Positions 45,793 through 56,300 of a DNA stretch of 59,347 nt are shown one piece after another (the first letter of the stretch is position 1; the number at the start of each line of letters is the position of its first letter). This DNA is from a virus (Duplodnaviria > Caudoviricetes): IMG/VR virus record IMGVR_UViG_3300044646_000633, positions 1 through 59,347 of that record; one strand, written 5' to 3'. The position numbers were made by a program, and so were the translations under genes. The notes below the pieces were generated by a model. That model ran no database searches and was not told the DNA's origin. It worked only from the letters and a program-made list of their open reading frames with translations.

Positions 45793-45975
45793 TCAGAAGG
45801 GTGCCTCGGGCAGGTCTGCGAGTGGGGTAGTCCGTGCCGGCGCCCTGGCCGGGCGCTGCGGCCATGCCTGGGGCGCGGTAAGGGGTAGGGCAGGGGTCGG
45901 CGTGCCGAATGGCCAGGAGGCCGGCGCATGGGGCAGCTTGACCCCATCGGGCGTGGTGTAGGGCGGACCCTTCAC
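45793..45975 (-). CDS. Small Pro-rich hypothetical protein
   Basis: GTG overlapping the upstream stop; ends PEAPF. Confidence 0.45.
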   Translation of the reverse strand: MKGPPYTTPDGVKLPHAPASWPFGTPTPALPLTAPQAWPQRPARAPARTTPLADLPEAPF

Positions 45976-46193
45976 AGCCCGATCCCGATCAGCAGGCCCA
46001 GGCACAGGCCGAAGGCGACGGCGGCGCGGAGGCCTGCGTAGGTGTATCCGCGCTTTGATGCCTCGCGCAGGCACGCGGTGTAGGTCCCGAAAGACCGGAC
46101 GCGAGCGTCGAGCGGCAGGCTTCTATCGGACCTGCGCTGATCTGCCTCGGTCATGCACTGCCAGAGTTCGGCGTCGGTGAGTTGGGTCTTCAT
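45972..46193 (-). CDS. Small membrane protein
   Basis: ATGA-coupled; C-terminal TM. Confidence 0.55.
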   Translation of the reverse strand: MKTQLTDAELWQCMTEADQRRSDRSLPLDARVRSFGTYTACLREASKRGYTYAGLRAAVAFGLCLGLLIGIGL

Positions 46194-46582
46194 GCTGCCC
46201 TCGCTTGGTGAGGTCCAAAGGACCGGATGTCGTCGTCCACTTGCTCCAGCGACTCCGCGAACACCGCATTGGCCTCGATCACTGCATCCCAGCGGTCGCC
46301 CATGCTGGCATCGGCCACGCAGTCCCAGCCGCTGTTGCCCAGGACGATGACGGCGCAGTGGCCTTTCTCATCCTCGGGGTGCTTGAAGATGATCCGGGAC
46401 TCGTCCACCGCGAAGACGGCCTCCAGGGCTTCGGCCTCAGTGGTGACGCGCACGCGCTCCTCGCCGTCGTTGACGGCCACCAGGGCGTAGCCGGCCGCTT
46501 GGGCGACCTGGATCAGGTGGGCAATGACCTTGCGCTCGATGTCCTGGCGCGCGGCGATTTGGGGGTCAAGGGGTCTGGTCAT
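46190..46582 (-). CDS. Hypothetical protein
   Basis: GGAG SD before MTRPLDP. Confidence 0.7.
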   Translation of the reverse strand: MTRPLDPQIAARQDIERKVIAHLIQVAQAAGYALVAVNDGEERVRVTTEAEALEAVFAVDESRIIFKHPEDEKGHCAVIVLGNSGWDCVADASMGDRWDAVIEANAVFAESLEQVDDDIRSFGPHQARAA

Positions 46583-46714
46583 GTTGCTGACTCCGTACTG
46601 CATCGGCGACCTTGCCGACGGTAGTTATTGTACGGGCAAAAACAAGGGTGCGCTTATCCGACCGCGGCGCAGGGGCTTTCAAGGTGCGACGCAAGCGTGG
46701 CAAGGTTTCGCACC

Positions 46715-47251
46715 ATGGCATTCCCTTCCAAAATCGCACCTTCGCAGTGGGCCGAGATCGAGCGGCGCGCAGCGGCTGGCGAGATCGTGTCGGCACTTGC
46801 GAGGGAGTTCGGGGTGTCGGAGGCCGCGCTGCGCAAGCGTGGCATCAGTCAGGCCAAGGTTCGGAAGGTTCGGCAGGTCGCCCAGAAGCTCGCCGAAGCG
46901 CAGGCCGAAGTGCTCGCTTTGCCGCCCGATCAGCAACAACTGGCCGTGTCCTTGGCCGAGGAACTGCGCGCCGTGAGCGCCAATCTGGCCCGTGCTGCGC
47001 GCTTCGGGTCGGCCACGGCGCAGCGCCTGGCCCAGGCTGCGCACGATGAAATTCAGCAGGCCGATGTGCTGGACGAAGGCAAGCTGCGCGCGGTGGCGAT
47101 GCTGACGAGGACGGCCAACGAGGCTGGGCAGCTTGGGGTGCAGCTGCTGCGGGGCAACGAGGACATGATGCGCGAGGCGGCGGAGCGCGAGGCCAAGGCG
47201 GCCACGCAGATCACGCGCATCGCCCTGGTGCCCATGCGGCCGGGCGGGTAG
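46715..47251 (+). CDS. Putative terminase small subunit
   Basis: N-terminal HTH (GE.VSALAREFGVSEAALRK), helical core, C-terminal ITRIALVPM. Confidence 0.65.
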   Translation: MAFPSKIAPSQWAEIERRAAAGEIVSALAREFGVSEAALRKRGISQAKVRKVRQVAQKLAEAQAEVLALPPDQQQLAVSLAEELRAVSANLARAARFGSATAQRLAQAAHDEIQQADVLDEGKLRAVAMLTRTANEAGQLGVQLLRGNEDMMREAAEREAKAATQITRIALVPMRPGG

Positions 47252-47252
47252 G

Positions 47253-47272
47253 CGTGGCAAGCGTGGCAGGCT
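47253..47272 (+). promoter_or_regulatory. Late-module motif CGTGGCAAGCGTGGCA (copy before the giant gene)
   Basis: Also at 24761-24780(-), 29604-29619(-), and partially at 20088-20098(-) and 46692-46702(+). Confidence 0.6.
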
Positions 47273-47302
47273 CACCGGGCCTCAACGTCGAGCCCGTCGT
47301 CC

Positions 47303-50300
47303 ATGCCACTCGTCTTTCCCGATCAGCCCGCCTCGAAGGCAGCCGCGCAAACCGCCTCTGACGCTGCCCAGGTGGCGGCGCAGGGGGTGATGCCTCAGAA
47401 GACCCAGCAGCCGACAGGCCGGCTCGTGTTCCCGCAGGAGCGGGAGCGCACCTGGGGGCAGGCCGCGGCCGACACTGGCGTGCAACTGGCCGAGGGGGTC
47501 AACACCATCCTTGGCGCGATCCCTTCGCTTGTGGCCCCGGATTCGAGCGCGGCCGGGTTCTTCCGTGACAACGCGGAGTTCTGGCGCAAGAAGCAGTCCG
47601 CACCGCTGCAGGTCCGATCGGACCTCGCCAACGTCGCCATCGACAAGGCCGGCGAGGATGGCGTCATCGCCCAGGTGCTCGAAGCCGCATCGCAGTATTC
47701 GGACGACCCCGGCCTTGCGGCCCGCTTCGTGGTCACGAACCTGCCAAGCATGATCCCGAGCATCGGCGCGGCCAAGCTCGCCCAGGTGGCGACGGCTGCG
47801 CGCACGGCTGCGGCGGTGAAGGCCGGCACCATGTCCCAGGCTGCAGCGACTGCGGCCGGCGCGGCTGCGGCCACCACGGCGGGCGGCGTGACCAATGCGG
47901 CACTAAACGCGGGCGGCGCGCGGGGCGAGTCCTTCGAGGACATCAAGCGCACGCTGCTGCAGCGCGGGTACTCCGAGGAGGAGGCCACCCAGCGCGCCCT
48001 GGACGATTCGCGCCTGCCGGCTGCGGTCGGCGGCGTCACGGGCTTCATCAGTGGGCGCACGGGCCTGGAGTCTGCGCTGTTCGGCGTGGGCGGCACCGGC
48101 AACGTGGTGCGGCGCGGGGTCGGGAAGACCCTGGCGGAACTGGGCGGCGAGCAACTGGAAGAGGTGGCGCCGAAGGTGGCGACGAACCTCCAAGCCGGCC
48201 AGTACGACAACCGGCCGCTGACGCAGGATGTCGGCCGCACCATCGTCGAGACGGCCATCGGGTCGGGTCCGCAGTCGGTCGTGGCCGGTGTGTCCGAGGC
48301 CCTGCGCGGCGACCCTGCGGCGCCCACCGGCACCCCGGCGCTTGCGGGGCAGCCTCCGGCTCCGGCACCGGCACCGGTGCAGGCCCCGCCCGCACCGCCC
48401 GTAGCCCCGGCCGGCACCATCGTCCCGCCCGCCGGTGGCCCTGGCGCCCCTGGTGCTGCAGTGCCCCCGCTGGTGGACCCGGCCAACATCCCGCCCGAGC
48501 TCGACGCCCAGAACCGCGACCGCACCCGCCCGGCCAGCGTGCTGCAGATGCAGAGCATTGCGCAGAGCCCCGACTACCTGCGCCTGGGCCCGTCCAGGTC
48601 GCCCGACACCGGGGCGCCGATGGTGTTCGCCCAGGGCGACGACACCAGCGTCATCCCCGACGTGGCGCGCGGACGCCAGGACATCGCGGTCATGTCCGAC
48701 GGCCAGCGCGTTCCCTTCACCTATGCCGTGGTCGATGCGAGCCTGCTGCAGCCGTCGAACTTCGCCGACGGCACGCCCAACCCGCTGTTCGGTGACGAGA
48801 CGCCCGGTCTCATCAAGGCGCTGAACAACGGTCGCAGCGCCGGCCTGCGTGCTGCCTGGGCGCAGGGCACGGCATCGGGCTACGGCACCGACCTGGAAGC
48901 CGACGCCGACCAGCACGGCGTGTCACCCGAGGCCATCCGCTCCACGCGCAACCCGGTCTTGGTGCGCCTGTATTCGCAGGCCGACAACAAGCCCAACATG
49001 GCCGCGCGCAGCCAGGGGCAGGGCCTGGGCATGTCGCCTGGGGAACTTGCCCGCCAGGATGCACCGCTGATCGACGGTGGCCTTCTGGCCGTGTGGCAAG
49101 GCGGGGATGTGGCGGACACGCGCAACCTGGACTTCGTGCGTGGGTTCGTCGGCCGGCTGCAGGGCACCGGCCAGGACCTCGCCGGGATGATGACCCAGGC
49201 CGGCACGCTATCGCCGGACGGACGCAAGCGCATCCAGGCCGCACTCGCCCAGGCAGCCTACGGTGACGCCGACCTGATCGGCGAAATGTTCGACTCCACG
49301 GACACCGACATCAAGGCGATCGGCGAAGCGCTCAAGCTCGCGGCGCCCGAGTGGGCCGACATGCGCGACTCCGCGCGCAGCGGGGCGATTGACTCGGCTG
49401 CGGACATCACGCCAGCCCTGCTGGATGCGGTGGCCATGGTGCGCCGCGCGCGCCAGCAGCGGCAGAGCCTGTCCGATCTCGCGCGTCAGACCGACATCAC
49501 GACGGGCCAGGCGCCCGATCCGATGGTCCTGGGCGCGCTGCGCCTGCTGTACGGCGGCGAGTACCTGACTCGACCGATGGGTCGCGACCGCATGGCCGAC
49601 CTGCTGCGTGAGTACACGCGGATGGCCAAGGGCATCACGGCAGACGCGGGCCTGTTCGGGGACGCCCCGACGCCGTCGGACGTGCTTACCGCATTGACGA
49701 AGGAGGACACCGATGGACAGCAGCAACAGCCTGGCGCAGGCCAGCCAGCCCAGCAACCCAGCGCAAGCAGCCAGCAACCCACTGGCAGCGGCGATCCTCG
49801 GGGCGATGCTGGTGCGGGAGGGTCAACGGCAGTTCGACCCGGCGACAGCCAAAGCGGGGCACAACCTGCTGCGGGTGGCGCAGGACCACTGGCCAACGAC
49901 AATCCCGCAGGGCAAGCGCCTGCCCCAGGTGTAGCGCCTGCAGCGCCCGCACCGGGCACGCGCAGCAATGTGGCGGCGCCCAAACCGGCTCCGGCCCCAG
50001 CGCCCGCTCCCGCTTCTCCTCCCCCGCCCGCGCAACCGGAGGTGAATGCCGCGCCCGCTGCGCCGGCGAGGGGAGGGGACCCTGCTGTCAGCCCCAACAC
50101 CGTCTTCACCGAGGACGCTGCGGCGGCTGCCCGTGCGCGCCTGAAGGCCAAGCTGGGCCGGCTGAACGCTGGCATCGACCCCGAGACGATGCTGGACGGC
50201 ATCACGCTGGCGGGCTACCACATCGAGCGCGGCGCGCGGACCTTTGCGGCCTACGCTCGCGCGATGGTGGACGACCTGGGCGACGCGGTGAAGCCCTACC

Positions 50301-53300
50301 TCGTTTCCTGGTACTTGGCCGTGCGCAACGATCCGCGCGCTGCGGACTTCAAGGCCGACATGGACAAGGCCGGCGCGGTCGAGGATGCGGACCTGGACGC
50401 GCTGCTGGCGGACAAGGGCAAGGCCGAAGCGCCCGGCTCGCTCCCAGCAGGATGGACCGAGGCCCGCCCTGGCGGCATGGCCACCAACCCGGACCCCAAG
50501 AAGGGCGGCATCGTTGACGTGGCGCCGGCCACGGGCGGGTGGTTCGCCATCCCGAATGACAGGGCCCTGACCAAGACCAAGCTCGAAGGCTTCAAGTCTC
50601 GCGCCGATGCGTTTTCGGCCTTGGAGCGCGCGGTCGCGCAGGCGTCATCCCAGCAGGATGCGCCATCCCTCAACACCCCCTCCGGCCGCGCGGTCCTGGC
50701 CCAGACCATCGCCGACCGGTTCATCGGTGGCGACGGCTTCAAGACCATCATCGAGGCCCGAAAGTTCATCGCCGACGCCACGGGCGAGAAGATCGAGGCC
50801 GGCACCCAGGCCGCGAAGCTGGCCGACGAGGCTATCGAGATGGCCGTGGTCCTGGCCGGGCGCGAGATCGTCCAGGCTGCACGCGCGCAGGGCCGCGACG
50901 ACGGCGTGATCTACGACCGACTGGTGAACCTCTACGGCCTGCAGCCGACGCTGGGTGTGCGCACGTCCACCAGCGTGCGCGAGCAGGCCTACAGCACTCC
51001 CGTGCCCTTGGCCTTCCTGGCGTCTCGCCTGGCCCGGGTCGCGCCCGACAGCACTGTAGGCGAGCCTACGGCCGGCAACACCATGCTGTTGATCGAGGTC
51101 GATCCCGATCGGGCAACGGTCAACGAGCTCAACGCCGACCGGGCAGCCAACGCTCGCGCGCTGGGCTTCACCGTGACCACCCACGACGCGGCACGGCACC
51201 AGCTTGCGCCCGAGAAAAGCCTGGACCGGGTGATTGCCAACCCCCCATTCGGCGCCGTCAAGGACGACAACCGGGAAACGGTGGTGTTTCCGGTGGCGGC
51301 CAACTACGGCACGCGCGAGATTGACCATGCCATTGCCTTTAAGGCCCTGGACGCCATGAAGGACGACGGGTCGGCGGTTCTGATCCTGGGTGGCGTGGAC
51401 GCATCGAACGACGAGGCGATCCGCGAGGGCTACCGGGGCAAGAGCAAGCGGGAGTTCTACTTCCGCCTCTACGGCCTCTACAACGTGGTCGATCACTTCA
51501 CGGTCGATGGCGGGCTGTATTCCAAGCAGGGCGCGGGCTACCCTGTGGACGTGGTCGTCATCCGAGGCCGCGGCAAGGCGGCTCGCGCGATGCCGGCCGC
51601 TGAACTGCCCAAGAGGTACGACACCTGGGAAGCACTCAAGAAGGAGAAGCTGGATGGATCAACCGAAGCAGGCGCCGATGGCATGGTGCCCACCGGGGGT
51701 AGCACCGGAACTGGCCGGGGTGATGGTGCCCAAGGGCAGCAGCCTGGAACCGGGGGACTGGTGGATGGCCCTGGCGGACAGGGTGCAGGCGATGGTAGAC
51801 GAGGAGCCGGACCCGGACGAGGCGGCAACGTGGGCGGCGAAGGCGCTGGGCCGCCCGGGGCTGCGGGACAGTCAGGACGCCGGGGAGGTACTGGTACAGC
51901 GCAACCTGGAGCTTCGCAACGCCCTGACGCTGGACGTGACGGGGCAGCCCAAGCACCCGTTCCCGGCCAAAGTAATCGCCGAGGCGGCGGCAACGCGCAA
52001 GGCGATGGAGGAAACCGACCTGGAGACGTGGGTGGAACTGGCGGCGGCCAGGATCAACGGGTAGGGTCCGGGCTCAGCGACCGGCGCGGCCAGGAGCAAG
52101 AGACCGAGACCCAGGTGGCCTACGCGCCCCAGTCGGGCGCCGCGTCAGTCGGAACCCTGGTGCCGCGCGCCATGCGCGACTCCATCGCGGCATCGCTCAA
52201 GCGGGTGGCCGACTCGGTGGGCAACATCGACGAGTTCGTCGCGCAGAAGCTGGGGTTTGACCCCGAGACGCTGCGCGCAAACTTCTCGGCCGAGCAAGTT
52301 GACGCGCTGGCCTTGGCCATCGTGAGCGCGGAGGCCGGCAAGGGCTTCATCATCGGCGACCAGACGGGCATCGGTAAGGGCCGCGTCGTGGCGGCAATGC
52401 TTCGCTACGCGATGCGCAACGACAAGGTGCCGGTCTTCGTCACCGAGAAGCCCAACCTGTACGCGGACATGATCCGCGACCTGGACGACATCGGCATGGG
52501 CGACGAGTTGCGCCTGCAGTCGAGCAAACCGCTGATTCTCGTCACGAACAGCAGCGAGCCCATCCCCTACGTCCTTCAGCGCAAGATCGGCGAGGACGTC
52601 GTGGAGACGGAGCACTCGCTGCGCGCGCCCGGGGCTGGCGCCGACCTGGAGAAGTTCTTTGACAAGATAGCTGGCGACGGGGACATCGGGCCTTACAAGG
52701 TCGTGTTCACCACGTACAGCCAGCTTCAGACCGTCAAGGGCAAGATGACGGCGCGCATGCGCATGGTGCAGTCCCTGGCCGATGGCGGCTACATGGTCTT
52801 CGACGAGAGCCACAACGCGGGCGGGACGCAGATCACGCAGCCACGCACCAAGACGGACCGCGACGCAGCCAAGGCCGGCGAGACCACGACAGGCCGCTCC
52901 GGCTTCGTTCGACAGCTTGTGCGCGCATCGTCGGGAAGCTTCTTTTCGTCGGCCACCTATGCCAAGCGGCCGGACGTGATGGACCTGTACTCCAGCACGA
53001 ACATGATGCTGGCGGTGGACAAGCCCGCCGACCTCGCGCCCGCGATCATACTGGGCGGCGTGCCCATGCAGCAGATTGTGGCAACGATGCTGGCCGAGGA
53101 TGGACAGTACATCCGGCGCGAGCGCACCTTCGCGGGCGTGACCTACGAGACCCGTCCGATGACGGTGGACCGGCGGACGGCCGAGAACATGGCGCAGTCC
53201 ATGCGCATGATCCTGGCTTTCTCGCGGGCCAAGGATGCGGCCGTCAAGTCGATGAAAAGGGAGTTCGACCGCGAGGGCGCCGTGCTGGGTGTCATGGGCG

Positions 53301-56300
53301 GCGAGAAGACCTCTGTGCAGGGCGCCAACTTCGGCGCGATCATGCACAACCTCATCGACCAGATGCTGTTGTCGCTGAAGGCTCAGCAGTCGGTGGACTT
53401 CGCCATCGAGCGGCTGAAGGCCGGCGAAAAGGTCGTGCTGACGGTGGCCAACACGATGGGTTCCTTCCTGTCGGACTATGCCGAGGACTTCGGCATTCGC
53501 CCGGGCGAGCCGGTAACGCTCAGCTTTGCGGACCTGTACCAGCGTTACCTTGAGAAGCAGCGCATGGTGCGGATCAAGCGCCCGGGCGGACCCAAGGAGG
53601 GCACGCCATACCGCCTGACGGACAAGGACCTGGGCCCCGGCCTTGTGGCCCAGTTCAATGCGGTGGGCGAGTTCATCCGCGGCGCTGGGTTCGGTGCGGC
53701 ACCTATCTCGCCCATTGACTACATGCACCAGCGGCTGCGCGATGCCGGCTACAAGACCGACGAGATCACGGGTCGCACGATGACGGTTAGCTACGGGTCC
53801 AAGGTGCCCACGCTCGCCTCGCGCCGGGCCAACATCAAGCAGCGGCTGGCGGCGATCCGCGGGTTCAACGGCGGCACCGTTGACGCGATCATCCTCAACC
53901 AGTCGGGCGCCACGGGCTTGTCTCTGCACGCCTCGGCCAAGGTCAAAGACCAGCGCAAGCGGCGCATGATCATCGTGCAGGCCGAGAAGAACATCGACAC
54001 TCACATGCAGATGCTGGGTCGAGTGCACCGCACGGGTCAGGTGATTACGCCGGACTACACACAAGCCATGGCCGACATCCCGGCCGAGGCCCGGCCGGCG
54101 TCGGTGCTGCTGAAGAAGATGGCCAGCCTCAACGCCAACACCACGGCCAGCCGCAAGAGCGCGGTGACGGCCGAGGGCGTCGTGGACTTCATGAACGACT
54201 ACGGCGGCCAGGTGGCCGCGGAGTTCCTTCTGGAGAACCCCGAGGTTCACATGGACCTGGGCGGCAACAAGGTGATTGAAATACCGGACGATGCCACGCA
54301 GGCCGACGAAGATCTCATCCGCAAGCTGACGGGCTACATCCCAATCCTGCCCATTGACCAGCAGGAGGCCGTCTACCGCGACCTGGTGGACCGCTACAAC
54401 GAGTTGCTGGCGCGCGAAAACGCCATGGGCTCCAACAAGCTCGAAGCCGCGGCGCTCGACCTGGGAGCCAAGACCGAGAAGCGCGAGCAAGTCACCGCCA
54501 AGCGCGAGAGCCCGGTGCCGTCGCGGTTCGCCGAGCCGGCTTTCATGGAACAGGTAGACGTGGCGCGCACGGTCAAGCCGTTGACCAGGGCCGAGGTCGA
54601 TGAAGCCGTCGCCCAGGCTCTGGCCGGCAAGACGCCGGATGCGGTGGCCGAGGCGATGGTCCAGACCATCCAGCAGCAGGCCCGCGATTACGCCGACCGC
54701 GTGCAGGCCCTGCGGGTGAAGCAGGGCGCAGACACGGATGCCGACGAGCGCGATCGCATGCTGAGCGAGATTCAGACGATCCAGGCACAGAAAGACATCC
54801 TGCTGGACCACATTCGCGGCCTGCAGATTGGACAGGCCGTTACGGTGCTGGACCAGAACCAGGCCGCGACCTACGGCGTCATCACGTCCGTGGTAGGCAC
54901 TGGCAAGACCAAGAACCCGGTGGCCGGCTCAGGCTGGAGGTTCAAGATTGCCCTGGCCAACGGCGAGGCCCGCTCGATCACTCTGAGCGCGTCGCAGATC
55001 AACAAGCAGTTCACGATCCGCCCGGAGCGCGGCCAGGTGCTGACGCTGGACCCCCGGACGAACGACGTGGCGTCGATGTCGATCAGCGACCTGTTCGACG
55101 CCTACGGGACTGGCAACATCCGGCGCGAGAAGCGATGGATGGTCACGGGCAACCTGCTGGCGGGCTTTGCCTCGTTCTCCGGCCAGATCATCACCTACAC
55201 CAAGGACGACGGCTCGACGGCGCAGGGCGTGCTGATGCGTCGGGGCTTCGACTACGAAGAGCGCAAGGGTGACGCCAAGGCGACGCTCCAATCTGCGGAC
55301 ATGATTCGCAGGTTCTTCACCGAGGCCGGACGCAACGCCATGATCGGCACTCCCGATGGCGTGCTGCGCGTGAAGTGGATGGGCGGGTCATACCCCGCTG
55401 AGTTCGAGGTCTCGTCCTCCAAGCGCGCGGGCGGCACGTTCTTTCTGGATCGCGGCCTGACGGACGCTCTGGGGCGCGACTTCACGAAGTCCGGCCAGGT
55501 CATGCGCGTCGCGGTGACCGAAGACGACATGATGAGCGCCCTGGTCTACCTGATGACCGAGCGCGATGACGTCAGCCTCGAAGCGAAGACGAACAAGGAC
55601 ATCGCGCGGCGCCTGCTGGGCCTGCCCGATACGACCGATGCGCAGCAGAACCGCGTGGCCCGAGAAGAGGGCGCTGTCTATCGTGTACGCGAGCAAGGCG
55701 ACGAAGCGCGCGACATCCCGGCCGACCTGTTCCCCGACACCCTGGAGTCCCTGGAGCCCACTGCGGCAGATCCGCGCGTGCATCGCAAGCGGCGCAGCCC
55801 GGGCGGTGTGCCGGTGGCGGCTGCGGACGAGAAGCCCACCGCAGTCCTGGCCGTGCGTGAAGACCCGGCCATGCCCGGGGTCTACCACCACTCCAGCCAG
55901 CTTGTGCAGGTCGGCATCCGCGATCTGCCCGTGTCCAAGGTCACGAACTGGATGGAGGCATCCTCGGCCCTGGCGTCGCTGGGCAAGTTCGCAGTGGAGC
56001 ACTTCGATGCCTTGGTGACGGATGCGTCTGGCAGGCCGCTGGCGGTCATCGGCGCCTTCAAGGGAGCGGAGGCGCAGGCTTCGGTCTATCCCGGCGTCGT
56101 CTTGGCCGAGGCGCTTCGCATCGAGGGCGCGGCCCGCGTATGGGGTGTTCACAACCATCCCAGCGGGAATCAGGAGTTGTCGGTTGCCGACCGGCGCCTG
56201 AGTGAGTCCATGCGCATCACATTCGAGCCATCGTCCGTGCAGTGGATGGGCATTGCAGCGATTGGTGAGGGTCGCTTCCAGGCCTACGACGGCAAGGCCG

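Noticed and set aside
46692-46714. Sigma54 promoter reading of the TGGCA motif
   Set aside because: GG to GC spacing does not fit the -24/-12 consensus in the copies checked
52145-54811. 888-aa minus-strand ORF (also 60..2138, 2262..3665, 55388..56479, 56648..57721)
   Set aside because: Antisense shadows of the giant gene, expected in GC-rich DNA; no recognisable motifs
55566-56018. Other +1-frame ORFs within the giant gene (also 48435, 50607, 52782, 54354)
   Set aside because: No SD seen, Arg/Pro/Ser-rich frame-shadow composition, and they mostly overlap conserved domains rather than linkers
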